DNA of 64,000 nt from assembly GCA_051942165.1 (NCBI GenBank), contig JAVECS010000002.1, forward strand, positions 1 through 64,000. The letters run 5' to 3'. Made by a program: the position numbers and the translations under genes. The notes below the pieces were generated by a model. It was not told the origin of the DNA. It saw nothing but the letters and a program-made list of their open reading frames with translations, and made no database searches. This document shows positions 1 through 13,100 of the stretch, piece by piece; the stretch's first letter is position 1, and every line of letters starts with the position of its first letter. Source of the stretch: Circinaria calcarea. Taxonomy: Eukaryota.

Positions 1-345
1 TATTACCAATCGGGACTTATTATATTCCTTAATAGGCCCCAAGGATTGCAGCGCCCTTATAGGATTAAATTTTAATATTTATCACGTTATTATAATATTT
101 TTTTAACGGACCCTTTTTCGATTTTGGTATTTATTTTATAATTATTTTAATTTAAATTATATTTTTATTTAAAGAATTTTAAAATAATATTTCGCGAGAA
201 ATTTTCCTCGTTAAATTAATATTTTTTGACCCCGGTATATAATTCACCTGTAACGTTCGTTAGGATTTTTTGATAAAGGTTTTTATATAATTATACGCGC
301 GTATAGAACGGGCAGGCAGCCATGGAGGGGATTTATATATATATA
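1..345. repeat. AT-rich, TpA-rich degenerate repeat/transposon relic (RIP-like), truncated by window edge
   Basis: Abrupt AT richness with many TA/TTTT/AAAA runs and few CA/TG, no ORF; contrasts with ~50% GC neighbours. Confidence 0.5.
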
Positions 346-625
346 CACGCGAGTAGAGCAGCAGAGCAGTATAGCAATTAGAAATACGATACTGAAACCA
401 GTTCTGATATTCACTCTATATATGTAGCAGTCAGTTCATGCCGTATATCCTTTGATTCCTCATTATTCAGGCCCTCGCAACCCATTCTCGACAGCGTCTT
501 TGCCCATACCTTAGGAGCATAGCGGAGCACCCTATTTCCTTCACAATAAGACCGTTGTTTTTAGATCTAAAAATGCACATTTACTAGCAAGGCTTTGCCT
601 TGAGCTGTTCAAGTTTCTTGCAATT

Positions 626-1847
626 TCAGTTGACTTTGGGCATGGGCTCAAGATCCAAACCACAAATATTCCTGCGGCGTATTCTGTAAGTCTCATATAG
701 ATCTTCCCAGATCTTTCCTGCCTCCAACTGCGCTGGTTTAGAGCGAAGAAAGATGTCTCTAGGAATGTCGTACTGAGGGCCTGGAACGTTTCCGTCCAAA
801 AGTTGCACGTAAGCTACTTGACTCTTATACCTCGTTGCATTGAAATCTGCGCCTTGAAGGCTAAGATCTGCCGTTCGCGATATCAAGTATGGGTTCATCG
901 CGTGACGTGAATGAATACCGCTAATGCTGAAGAAAGCCGCCTCTTGGTAGGGGAGGGCTTTGTTGGAGGCCTTCATCAAATCACGAAAGGACGTCATCGA
1001 AGGTTGTAGGATCATGCCAATCAAGCCAGCACTAGGTGTTGTGGGCGACTTACCCGGGAAGTATGAAATGGGTAGGGTCGTGGGTATGGTAAGGAGCCTA
1101 TCCAGAGCAGCACTGTGCAGTAGCAAGCCATATGGATTCAGGTACAGGAGTCGTCGGAATCGCCTCTGAGAAAGAAGGCTGATTACTGAAAATGCCAATT
1201 CTTCTGCGCGGCTTTCTTAGTACGGGGACAAAAATAGCGATCCCATTGTCCAACTATCTCACCTTGACTTTCCCCCACTCGCCACTCGACTGGATGTAAT
1301 GATACATTATAACGCTGTGCAGCAATCTGGAGCAGACGCATACTTCTTTGTACGGCTGAATCCGATCCAATGGTGCGCTTAATTTCATCTTTCCAAACCT
1401 TAGGATATATCAATAATTTCTGCGCTGGGCTATCCTGTTCTCCAAGCTCGGCAAACAGCATCAGGGCACTGCACGTATCCTCATGATTTCTTAAGATTTG
1501 AACGTATCCGAGCGTTGTCCAGTCTAGTGAAGGTTGTCCCTGTAGATTCTGTTGTTTTGCGACATGGCTTTTGGATCCGGGGAGGTTTCCGAAAGACTTG
1601 GCCTTCGTCGAAGACGTTGGACTTTGCGGTAGTGTTGAGCTTGGGGAATCCGGTAGCGGTCTAATGGCAGCCTGTAAACTTCTTACTGTCTGCTGCTGGA
1701 GGACATAACCCGAGAGGAATAGAAGTGATGTGAATATAAACACTGTAGCTTTGTCAGTCCCAATTGTCTTAGTCTTCTCTCCTTATGATGTAGCCTACCA
1801 ATGCACGAGCTAATCGTCAATGATATCTGCCCGCTGGTGAGAAGCAT
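626..1847 (-). CDS. Membrane-anchored fungal protein, glycosyltransferase family 8-like (3 exons)
   Basis: ATG 1847 MLLTSGQISLTISSCI, intron ~1799-1743, TM segment FIFTSLLFLSGYVLQQQTV, YVQ...CSALMLFAEL...KLLIYP motif, intron ~1263-1186, last exon joins ORF 626-1198. Confidence 0.65.
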
Positions 1848-2100
1848 GCTGAATAAGATCTCAATGACACTATATAATGTGTCAGCGTTGCGACAATGTT
1901 GTCCCTTCCCTGCATTGTTGATTACCCAGTTCCACCTTCCACAAATACAATTCTGGCTGGGCAACAATCGATAAAGGTCGAGCTGGCCAACTCTCCAATT
2001 TTTATTTAGCATCACGAGAATTGGAGCCCACAATAACTAATAACACGCTGAGACTGGCTTCCTATATAAAAGTGCAGCATATTTTAACATATCCTTGGGT

Positions 2101-2802
2101 ATGGCGCATCAGGTTGATGCAAAACGTATGCTGGATGAGCGAGGTTATCAAGGAGCGACTGTACACGATCAAAATCCCGCTCACCTCCTGGAAAAGGCAG
2201 TCCGCGACCGAATCACCGAGTCTTATTACTGGAAAGAGCAATGCTTTGCCATCAATGAAGCGACCCTGTGTGACAGAGCAGTAGAAATGACATACCTAGG
2301 AGGGACCTACGGACAACAGAAGCCAACCCCATTTCTGTGTTTGGCACTCAAGCTCTTGCAACTACTGCCTGAGCGCGAAGTTATATTGGAATACCTTCAA
2401 CAGAAGGACTTCAAGTATCTGTCGGCACTAGCTGCTTTCTACGTCAGACTTACCTTCGAGCCTGTTGAAGTATATAACACTCTCGAGCCACTACTGTCTG
2501 ATTATCGGAAAATACGAAGGAGGACCAAGGATGGAGGTTATTCCCTTACCTACATGGACCAGTTCATAGATGATCTCTTAGTTAAGGACCGAGTCTGCGG
2601 CACAAGTTTGCGGAAGCTCCCGCAGCGTGCACTGCTTGAGGACCTTGGACAACTAGACGCCAGGACCAGTCCACTGGAAGAAGAGATTGACGAGATTGAC
2701 GAAGAGGATGATTATGGACAGAGCGGTTCAGAAGGATTGGATCCCGCCGAAGTGAATGGCCTTGCAAGGAACGGGGAGGGTGAGCACAACGAAGGTATGT
2801 GA
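2101..2802 (+). CDS. prp38: Pre-mRNA splicing factor 38 (Prp38)
   Basis: QNPAHLLEKAVRDRITESYYWKEQCF, KPTPFLCLALKLLQL, FKYLSALAAFYVRL, DYRKIR motifs; acidic tail. Confidence 0.95.
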   Translation: MAHQVDAKRMLDERGYQGATVHDQNPAHLLEKAVRDRITESYYWKEQCFAINEATLCDRAVEMTYLGGTYGQQKPTPFLCLALKLLQLLPEREVILEYLQQKDFKYLSALAAFYVRLTFEPVEVYNTLEPLLSDYRKIRRRTKDGGYSLTYMDQFIDDLLVKDRVCGTSLRKLPQRALLEDLGQLDARTSPLEEEIDEIDEEDDYGQSGSEGLDPAEVNGLARNGEGEHNEGM

Positions 2803-3002
2803 ATCTAGGCAAGGTCTTATCAAGGTCCGATGGAAAGCAATAACGGGTCAGTCACCACTTCGTATGGCATGGAAACAATTCCAATTAGTCTTCTGTCATC
2901 CTGATTTAGGGGCGCAAAATGCGAAACGATTTCATTCAATTGGGGCGGACATTTGAGTTTCGGAATATCTCAGAAGAGGATTCTCGCCGTGGGCGCATCC
3001 GG

Positions 3003-5029
3003 TCATCTGCCAGCGCCAGCGCCCCCTCCACCAGTCATCCTTCGAATCCTCTCTTCTGCAGCTCGAGCTCTACGTTCTCGCTCTAGCTTCGTCCTCATAT
3101 CAGGTGTCAACCCTCTGGCCTCCTGCTCTCTGATTTCTGAACCGGTCCTCTCCACCACTCCCAATGCCTTCCCGGTCGCCCTTTTACTCATATCTGTAGA
3201 TGCATCTAGCTTGAGTCGCTCAAGTTCGGCTTTCCTACGGTGACTTTCCACCTTCTCTGCCTCCAGCTTTGCTGACTCGTCTCTCTTATCAGCTTCGGCT
3301 TTCGATAATGGCGGTGGACAATGAGCAGCCTCCCAGTTCCATCTACTCTCTCCGGACTCGAATCTGGCAACTCGAAAGGCATCACGAGTAGCTCGATCGC
3401 CAGCAATATCAAAGGGTGGTCTACCTTCCCCATTGAGGCGTGTCGGGTTTGCACCGGCCTTCATCAGTAGTGCGGTGACAACAGATGCAGAGTTGATACT
3501 TGCTGCCAGATGTAGCGGGGTCGAAGCATGATGATTGGCCTGAGTTGACAGAGGATGGAACGCAAAATCCGGAGGTATGGAGTTATTAGATAGGTATGAG
3601 AGCACAGCGGGAGCCTTGGATCGCCTTATCAAAGCCTGAAGCTGCGACGTATGGTGTATTGCTACCTCCTCTTCTTTTGATACTTCCGGATTTAGCTGCT
3701 TAAATTTTGCTGTTGCAGTCTTCGGCGACTTTCCTTCCTCTTTTACCTCATCTGCTGTGCTTGCTTGAACTGCTGCTTCATCAATTCGACTAACTTTCAT
3801 TCTCGTTAGCTCAACGAACGCTCGCATGAGCTCAGCCTGCGTTGCACGCCGCGTGCTGAAGGGGAAAGACCGATATCTCGGGTCATTGAGTCGTAGCACT
3901 TGATCATCGTAGGGTCCAAATAACGTTTTCCTATTTGTTGTACCAGTGGCGCGAACAAACTTCAACATTGATGTATTTATCATGTCTCTCCACTCAGACA
4001 ACAATGCCCTGACCTCCGCTTCAAGGGCCGCCTCGTTGTATCGTCGGATACCTGCTCCTGCTGAATGCGCTGGCCCTTTTGAAGAGTCGTTTGCAGATTG
4101 AGATCCACCTTGCTTTTTTCTTGTCGTATATCTGTGAAAGGTCTTATGGGCAATGACAAGAGCTTGACGTTCCTCAACTCCGTTGGCTTTTCTGCTGACT
4201 TTGGGAGTAAGTGATATAATCATTGCTGCGAAATGCCCCCCTCCGATCATACATAAGAAAAAATGGGGGTCAGTCATAGATGGATGGAGAGGTACCCCAT
4301 TATTATCGTTCTGGGTTTGTTTTTTCTGAGCGGGCTTAAGCTGTTTCTGTCGGATCGCGCCTACGATGTTGGATGGATGCTGCTCAACCTCCGTGAAGAG
4401 CGCTCTGTAAATCCCAAAGAAGGTGTTAGGTGGAGCAAATGGAGTTGAAAACCATAGCAACGGTGGACACCCGGATCCTCTTTTTCGTTTCAGGGGTTCG
4501 TGCTCCCCCTCGGGTCCTCCTTCATCTAGCTTGGCTTGCATCTGGAACAATGCTGTCAAGGTGTTATCTTTTCTGTTGCCGTCGTCTCCATCGTCAGACC
4601 CGGACGTTTCCGAACCAGATATGCTTTCGGTCAAGTCCCCTACCAGCTTCTCGAACTCGGTCTCCTGTATGGGCTTGTGACCTTTTAACTTTTCTTTGAG
4701 ATTATAACGATGCCAGTCAGACTTTGCGTGAGACCGCTTCTCGGACAAATCCAGGAAAGATATTCCGCACAGCGCACATGCTCTTGAGGCCACTGTAAGA
4801 TTTTCTTGAGGTGATTTAGCAGAGTGACTCTCGAGGCCTCTTTCCGAGTCGATTTCGCACGATAGCGGCTGTAGAGCAGTATCATCTTTAAGGTGTATTG
4901 TCATCAACAGTTCATGAGGCAGATCAAACACTAGATTTCGTCAACTAAGAATGCAGTAACATGTAAGGGCATGAAGATGCTCTAACCATAGAGAGGCCGT
5001 TGAAGCAGGTCGTTTGGCTTCTCTGCCAT
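3003..5029 (-). CDS. vms1: Vms1/ANKZF1: C2H2 finger, VLRF1 release-factor-like domain, ankyrin repeat
   Basis: ATG 5029 MAEKPNDLLQRPLY, intron ~4986-4932; CALC..HAKSDWHRYNLK; HKTFHRYTTRKKQGGSQS catalytic loop; TPLHLAA ankyrin; C-terminal ERRARAAEERIRR. Confidence 0.93.
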
Positions 5030-5390
5030 GGCCGTGGAAGAATGCACAATATTCATCCTGTGCTTAGATGATGTATATGGTTGGTGATTCTGCGAAGTAG
5101 CGATATGGCATTAAGAGAATTTGTTATGCGTCATTGCTTTGAACAGCATCTGGCTTCAACTTTCGCGATTTCGCGCGCGGTACATGCCGCTACCAGGAAA
5201 TGCAGAGAGCTCTAAATTCGATCTCAGGCTTCTAGATAAATGCTCCAGAAGCCGTACAGTCATTAAAGGGAGATTTCAAATAGATTCTCCAAAGGCGCCA
5301 TCCGTTTTTACTACGAGGAGCTTCCAAATCATCCATGGTAGGCTACAATAAAACCTCCCACGTTAGATATTTTAATCATCGACACAACAT

Positions 5391-7011
5391 CTACACGGCC
5401 TGACAATAATTTGCCGGAAAGCTACCCTTGACGCCCTTCAATTCCCCTTCCCACCAATCATCCGTGCTATTCGTCTTCTTCACCACTTTAATTTGATCTC
5501 CTTCCTTAAACGCGAGGTCACCCTGCCCCTGCCCCGCAAAATCATAGAGGGCCGTAACCCATAGACCTTGAATTGAAGGCATTCGCTTCGTAGGAGGCGG
5601 CGGAGGTTTCTTCTTGCTGGCCGCGATGGCAGCGATAGAAGAGTTAGAGGGTATGCGATCTCGAGAAAAATAGTCTATCCGAGGACCAGCCGGAGCATGT
5701 AGTGTATACAACTCATTTGGCGAAGGGCTTGTGATCGCAGATGATGTGTAGTTGGGAGTCGATAGAGCAAGCGATGTTTGAGATGGGACTGATGAAATCC
5801 GAGGCCTTGTCTCCAGATTGAGAGATGCTGGTTCGGAGGAGTGGTCACTTTTAGAAGCGGACATAGAAGAGAAAGAGTTGCTATGGTGGGCATTACTGTT
5901 AGATTGGTAGCTTGCCTTACGCTGAGCAAGGCCGCCTTGGGCACGGTCTTCTTGTCTCATAGACTGTCGTATAGCCTTCCCGCCAGCAATGAAAGGAACC
6001 CCTGTCTCGATTTCATGTTGAACTGGTTTGAAGTTCGCATCCCAAACGGAGATTACTTCTGACATCGGCGGCGGTGGGGATGGAAATTGTTCTTCTTGAC
6101 AGTAGTTGTGGAGAAGTGTATAATAATGACCTAATAGGGTGTTCTGGATCATGATTTGAGCCGCTAAAAGATGGGGTAGAATAGAGTAGGCCGCTGTTAT
6201 GACCGGCGGAAGACTCGATTTGAGTTTGTCGTCAGCTATGCTATATTCCTTGTTGGTCGGTTAGCAACGATCGAAACAAAATGCACCCAGGGATGGGGCA
6301 AAAAACTAGAAGGACCTCTTTCTCTCACTCTCTCATCGGAGCAGCTAGGAGACTCCGGCCTTACCTCTTTTGCCCGAGCAAGATCAAGTTCATGTTTTGC
6401 TAGGGCAACATTCTCACGCTCTGACCGCTTCGTCTTCTTGTGAGCTGTGTCAGCCCTGCCCTGGTATCTCTCAAAGTCCAACTGTACCGCGTAAGCATCA
6501 CGCTCGATAACAGATAGGGAACTGAATTACCTTTCGATCTTGACGCTTCTTAATAACCTTTTTCATTGGCTGTAGGTACTCCTTGGCGTCCGATGCTGGT
6601 CTAACGATTCTGGCATCGACCATATTGACCTCCTCCAGAAGATCTGTTTTAAGCTCTGCATAGGATTCTTGGAGCTTTGCAACCCGTTCTAATGTGGTTT
6701 GCGGCGTTAGAACGGGGTCATGGCCGTCATAGCCTTCTCCAGCGCCGACGATGGGGTTGTAAATCGACTGAAACTCATTCACAAGGCGATGTTGAACTGC
6801 CAGGATGTCTCTCCACGAGTCCCGCCAAGCTCTGGCCGCTTCAATGAGCTGGAGAAGGGTTCAGCATTTGACGTAGATGATGCGACGGTATTTATCTAAC
6901 CTTGGCAAGCATCTTGTCTGCATCCTCAAAATCTTTTAGCAGCACCGACACTTGGGATTCATCTGCCGTGCGAGGGAGTAATTTCCCAAAGCGCCGTTGC
7001 ATGCTCTGCAT
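5391..7011 (-). CDS. BAR domain + SH3 domain protein (amphiphysin/Rvs167-related), 4 exons
   Basis: MQSMQRRFGKLLPRTADESQV start; helical BAR exons (KKVIKKRQDRKLDFERY); proline-rich KKKPPPPP; SH3 ALYDFAGQGQGDLAFKEGD..WWEG..GSFPANY. Confidence 0.85.
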
Positions 7012-7550
7012 CTCGAGGAAGTCGGCAGAGATGCTTTACTAATCGCTAGTCTATCGCCCGCAAGACAATTGGCGCTAGAATCTGGCAAAGGAATGGAATG
7101 CCTGGATTTGATGTATACGCACATCTTAGGATTCTGCCCAACGAGCGTGTGGACACTCAGTTCCTATCGTGAGGCTTACTGCCATTCGGCTGGAGCCTGG
7201 CGATCCCTAGAATAGATTAGAATATAGCGGGGCCGAGGGAACAGGGAACCTGAAAACGTGGGGTAAGTGTTGGTGAATGCACTTCGGAAGCCGGCTATGA
7301 CGGTCCGAGGCGTCTGTCGCGTCTCTGTACGGTAGACAACAAAGGTACCGAGGGGACGCCGAATTCGCCATTCAGTTCCATTCACGCCAATGCTTATCGA
7401 CTAATACGCCATGGAGGCTGATGACCTCCTTTGCTGCGTAGCGTATTCATCAGAGATAGGCCGGCTGGGGAGCTTGTTTGCAAGCGCACTGTCCATTCTG
7501 AATGCTCCAACTGCGTCGTCAAACATGGCATTACCTTGAACTCCGAAATA

Positions 7551-9659
7551 ATGTCTACCTATGTACGCCAGACTTCAAGTTTGGCGGTGCCAGTTACACA
7601 GAACACGGCACCGATCCTCGAGTTCCGCTGCCTCTACACGCACGACCTTCGACAGAAGAAAAAGCGCTGGCAAGATGGGTTTTTGCGTTTTCATACCTTC
7701 AACAAGCGGGTTATGGTGTACGATGTTCCCCGAAACTTCATAGGCGATACCCACTGGCGCGAAGGCGAACTCGTACAAGATGGTGATGAGATGCAGTTAG
7801 AGAAAGGGGTAATGATACAAGTTGGAGAGGCGGTTGGGAGGATGGATCAAGATTTGACAGCTCTTCTGGAACGGAGAAACTCAGCACGAGATGGCTTTAC
7901 ACCTCTTGCTTCTTCGCCTCCAACTACGTATGCTTCGACTGCTAGGACCACGGGAGTACCGTTGACGCAGCTAAGACCTAAGTCACTGAACGCACTGTTG
8001 GGGACTCCGAAAGGTGCGTATGGCAGGGCAACGTTACCAAGCAAATCACCATACCAGCAACGGCAGCCTGGTGGTCGCTATTGCCAGGAAGGGAGTCCCC
8101 CGGCAAAAAAGCAGAAACTAGAAGGTCCAGTGGGGCGTAGGCGTGGCATGCCGGGGGAGATTCACAATGACAGAAACCGGGGCGTATCGTCAGGAATCCT
8201 TACGACGCCTTTATCGCCAGCACCGCCGTTACGGAAGCACGTGAATGCTGAATCAATATGCATAGGGTCGGAAGACGAATCTACGAGATCGTCGTCTTGT
8301 CAAAGAGCAACTGAAAAATCTTGCTCAAGCTTAAATCCAGGCGCATCGTGTCTAAATCTATCTAGTCTACCTCTCGCAAGCCAGTCGACATCAAATGGCA
8401 TACAGCAAGGATCGCTTCGAACTTATACAATTGCAAAAGCTAAACATACATCTGGTCTCGGATGCAGACCTTCGCCTACTACGATAGTGCCGCAAAATCT
8501 ACCAAAGCAAAAACCGGCGAATCCTTTACGGTTTGCATTTACGAAACCAAGAAAGAAGCTTATGTATAGAGAACTTCTACCCCAGCAAACCCCTTTCCGA
8601 CCTTCACCTGAGAGCGATGACACCCCTACATCGTTTGGTTATCAGCTGATGGCGAAAGCAGCTCGAGACAGACCGGAAATTAGGGCCGCTGATGAACTCA
8701 CCAACGTTAATCAGGTTCAACAAGAAGCCGTAGAAGCTCAGTCCAGCTTTCATCAGAAGTTGGAAAGTTCATATAACATCGAACCTCCGCCGCCGCCCTT
8801 CAACACTACTTCTTTAGATTCTCCCAGTACTCTAGATACAGACTTACAAGGTGCGGAACAACGTGATGTATTCGCTGGGAAGGAGGCTGCAACAGGGGTT
8901 AGAGTCGGAACCGAGGAAGCTGTGTCTGCCGCCATTGTTCCACTTAGATCAGTGTCTCCATCGACGATCCGCGGCTACGGCTTTGCTAAGTCCCCTGCAT
9001 TTATTCAGCCTGCAGTAGAGAAGAATGAAGACGAAGCAGATTCCAAGCTATCACAAATGGATCAGCTACTTCTAAGCCAGCACAAACCAGCAAACACTCA
9101 AACAAAGCGTGTTGCTCTCCCTCTGGCCTCTGAGAGAGAACTAGTAGTGACAACGGAATGCGAAACCGGAGCTTGCAAACAGCCAACTTGCGTTTCCCAT
9201 ACCAAGAAGCCGCAAGTAACTGGAAATATAGTCATCACATCACTGCATCCCCAACGTACACTTTTCGACCCGGAAGTTCTTCAAGGTAAGTCTCTCCAGC
9301 ACTCTCCGCCTTTACACCCCACAGTCCCAACCATATCTCCTGGTCTTCCTGCATCAGTGAAGAATTGCGAGGTACCGTCATGGCGGCGATCCCATTTAAA
9401 AAAATCGTTTTCTGAAACAGACAAAACCCTGAACACAGTTCCCTCGGTCAAACCACCAGTCAGGGCACATTTACAGAAATCCGTTTCAGACATGACATGC
9501 GTACCACGTCAGTTCCTGAAAGGACGAAGTCACAACTCACCCGTCCAGAACAAAGACCTAGACATTGGGCCCTGGAGTCGGGAAGCATTCGACCTATTTG
9601 GGTGGAGTCCGGGTGAGAAGTGGGAAGGAAAGGAGCCAAGTTTAGACAGGGTAAGGTAG
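7551..9659 (+). CDS. DUF2439 (ZGRF1/Mte1 N-terminal-like) domain protein with long disordered tail
   Basis: EFRCLYTHDLRQKKKRWQDGFLRFHTFNKRVMVYD motif; C-terminal DIGPWSREAFDLFGW. Confidence 0.8.
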   Translation: MSTYVRQTSSLAVPVTQNTAPILEFRCLYTHDLRQKKKRWQDGFLRFHTFNKRVMVYDVPRNFIGDTHWREGELVQDGDEMQLEKGVMIQVGEAVGRMDQDLTALLERRNSARDGFTPLASSPPTTYASTARTTGVPLTQLRPKSLNALLGTPKGAYGRATLPSKSPYQQRQPGGRYCQEGSPPAKKQKLEGPVGRRRGMPGEIHNDRNRGVSSGILTTPLSPAPPLRKHVNAESICIGSEDESTRSSSCQRATEKSCSSLNPGASCLNLSSLPLASQSTSNGIQQGSLRTYTIAKAKHTSGLGCRPSPTTIVPQNLPKQKPANPLRFAFTKPRKKLMYRELLPQQTPFRPSPESDDTPTSFGYQLMAKAARDRPEIRAADELTNVNQVQQEAVEAQSSFHQKLESSYNIEPPPPPFNTTSLDSPSTLDTDLQGAEQRDVFAGKEAATGVRVGTEEAVSAAIVPLRSVSPSTIRGYGFAKSPAFIQPAVEKNEDEADSKLSQMDQLLLSQHKPANTQTKRVALPLASERELVVTTECETGACKQPTCVSHTKKPQVTGNIVITSLHPQRTLFDPEVLQGKSLQHSPPLHPTVPTISPGLPASVKNCEVPSWRRSHLKKSFSETDKTLNTVPSVKPPVRAHLQKSVSDMTCVPRQFLKGRSHNSPVQNKDLDIGPWSREAFDLFGWSPGEKWEGKEPSLDRVR

Positions 9660-10120
9660 TCGGTCTGGATGTGATTCAGGCTCCGAAGCTATAGCGTGAC
9701 GTGACAACGGTTTACGGTTTTCCATGTATTGCTGCGGAATAAGTGGTACACGCTATGCTTCTTGGGTTGAAAGGTACAAAGTTAATCATGATTCCATAGC
9801 TTTCCAAAATTATCACTCAACGGATTAAGCCATATAACTAAGGAGATTACGGTAATAGCTATTAGCTCAGAACGCCGTTAATCAAAGTCTAACCCTCCCC
9901 GACCGTCATTATGCGTACTCATGGCACTATTTGTTATCTGATGCGCTGGTATCAGCAAACTCTTCGCTGTTGCCAAATACACGTGGCGAAACTGGAATTC
10001 TCCGAACTCAGAGAAGTGGAACGAGTCGTAAAGACTTCGTTGTCGTCCCAGAGTCCAAGTCAACAGAAACCCTCATGCAGCATGATTATGCGTATCCGAA
10101 TGTCGACTGGCCCGTGAACC

Positions 10121-13100
10121 CTAACGTTTTGCTAGCGAGCCAACATCGTGTCTGCCTATCGTCAAGAATCAGATACCCAAATTGACTTTCGAAATTGCTA
10201 GAGGGACACACCATCACAACAAGTCCTTACATTCTCGAGTCGATCGGAATCCTGCTCTGGCTTCTCCATCATCTGTCTTAAATCCTCTGCGCTGTCATGA
10301 ATCCTACCTGTCTCCAAGCTTCTGTTTACTGGTGGCTGACTCGACTTACTACGCTGGCTCGACATCGATCCCTGAACTGAGCGACGATCCTGTCGCCAAT
10401 AAGAGGAGAACCGAGAGCTGAACGAGCCCGGAGGCGCGTGGGACATTTGCTGCGAATGACGGCTTGTAGTCGAGGCCGGTGGATGCGCAGATTCCGGCAG
10501 CTGATTAGCAGACAGACTCGATTGATTTCGTATGGGCGACGGACCGCGGGATCCAGGACGAGACCCTCGGTTACTTACACGGCTAGCATAGGAGGCAAGT
10601 GATTGACGGGACCCTGCCGCCCTTCTACCAGTTCCTTGGCCCCTATACGGAGGATTAAATTCTGCGACGTCATCCGCGGTAAGAGCGGCAGGATCATAGC
10701 TGGGAGCGTCTGCTCCTGTGCGTAGGAGGAGATAGGATAAGGCATTAAACCAGGTTTCGTGTCGTTGGCCAGTCGTGGCGGTGAACTTGACATCCCGACC
10801 GGGTGTAACAACGATCAGGCTTTTACGATGCAATCCAGGAGGAAGAGGATTATCGTCAGTAACTACTCGTATAGTGTCGATAGCCACGCTTTTAGCTTTC
10901 AGTTGTGCGCGACCAGCTGTAGAAGGGTCCTGTTCACTCCAATACAAAGTTCTGGTATAGGGATGAACCCAGAAGAACCGTCTATGCCGTTTATCTGACA
11001 TTTCCCCACGACCTGGTTTGCGGGTATATTTCCACAGATATTCGCCAATCATTGTTTGAGTAATCGCCTGTATCATACGGGGATCGGTACCAGTCTCAAG
11101 ACCTTGGGGCATCGGCATTCCATCGGTACGTATATTGAAACGCTCGTCCAGTTCTGAAGCGAATGAAGTTACGGAAGACCTTCGTGAAACGTGGCTCCTG
11201 GTTGTGGAGTACCGAGTACGAGGTATCGTGGCTGTCTTTGACGCTACGCTCGCGCTCCGTTGCTCGGTAGGTGTACGTGGCTTATTGGAAGCTGAACGAT
11301 ATGCAGATGCTGGAAGTGCAGGAGGTCCCATGACGGTAGGAATCACGTCGCTAGCGGGTGCTCGCTGTGCAGCAGCGATGGCTTTCTGATGATCGGGTGG
11401 TAATGGTGGATATGCACCAGATGCAGTGCGAATGCTACCAGAACTACCCGAGCGTTTGACCGATCTCACGAGTGGTGCGGCCTCACGCAAAGCGGCCGGT
11501 TCCATCAGCTTCCCTGGGATTTTAGGAAGCGATGTCAGGCTCTCATGTGAATGATTTTTCTTGATGGTCGAGGCAAGAGCGCCAATATCTGCAAGAGGTC
11601 TCATCATTGAAGGACGCTTGTGACTGTTGTCCGTTATAATGGGCAGGGACTTCGCGCTTCTTTCAATCAGGAGTATGTCAATCTGATCAACAGAAAGAAT
11701 TGTTTGTGAGCTCTGATCAGAGCTTCTGATTGTCTTGACCCTCTGATCTATTGTGCTAAAATCGCTAGAGTCAGAGTGCTGTTGCTCGACGTCGGTTGAG
11801 GCTCTTTGCGATAGAGAGTGGCTCTTCTGGCTTTCAGATTCTGACTCAGACTCATCTCTGGACTCATCTTCTGTTTTCGGCGGCATTAACTGCCGTCCAA
11901 GGCCCGTCCATCCCAAAATTGAACCTAGCATTCCATTTTGTTGAATATGTTCGGCTCCTGCATCATATGAAGCTATACTTACGTCAGGGGTATCTTCAGT
12001 AGCTGTAAGCCGCCGACTGTCACGAGGTGGGAGGTTAGGTTTAGCTGCAACAGGACGTGTCTCTATGGACTGTATTGAGGAGAACGAAAGTGACGGTAGG
12101 ACAGCTGTAGTTCTATTCTTCGTTTGAATCGGAGATTTTTGCTGGTTTTCCGAGCTGACCGGGTCAAGGTCGTGGGTTGCAGAGCCTAAGGATGTAGATA
12201 TCGGTGCAATCTCTCTCTCTAAAGCCCTAGAACTTTCATCGTCCTTGCCATTATGAGAGGGCGTGGACTGCCCTGAACTCGATAACATCAATACTGGCCC
12301 GAACGTTGGAAAGCGTCCTGCGAAGCTCTCAAATGGTTGGTCCCAGATTTTACGTGGAGTTGAGACTGCTGAGCTCGCAAGTGTGAGTGGTGGGCTGTTG
12401 GTCATTGGATTTTGTTGTGACCTGATATCTTTCGCATGGGGAGTTAGAAGACCAACCTGGCTAGTCGTAGCTTCAACCTTGGAATTGGGTCGGGTATCTA
12501 AAGGTCTCCCAAGTTCATCTTTGTAGTCGGCAAGCGATTCGACCACCCAAGGATCAGTCATCATACTTGAATCTACCATAGAAGATCTGGGAACTGAAGG
12601 CTCATTAATTTCCGTAGAGTGCACTACACTCTGCCTTGCGTCTGGTTGCCTTGTATTGGGAGTAGATTGCTGTGAAATAATGCTTGCCCGACTGGGTGTA
12701 CCGTCTGCATCCTCGCCTATTTCTTCACCATTCAACTCGCCCAGTTCGGCGAACAAGCTCTGCCCTTTCTTGCCGTTGGTACTAACAAAGCTCGCAGGAG
12801 AATTCTTCATGCTGCCCTGATTACTACTCACTATGCCCTCACTCCCCATTTGCGAACGACGAGAACCACGATTGAGCCTCAGACGGTAGCGCTGAGGCTG
12901 GGCTTGAATTGGCGTTTTCACTTCGGATTCCTCCTCACTGGTAGATGTGGACGCCGTGCTATTGAAAGAAGACCTGTTACCTGCGTTTGATCCAGACAAA
13001 GAGGTATAGCTGGCCCCTCCAGTGGTGGCATTACGCGGATTACCACCTTCTGTCTCCGTCAACCCATCGCTGCTATCCTCGGCCATACTCTCAGCGCCTG

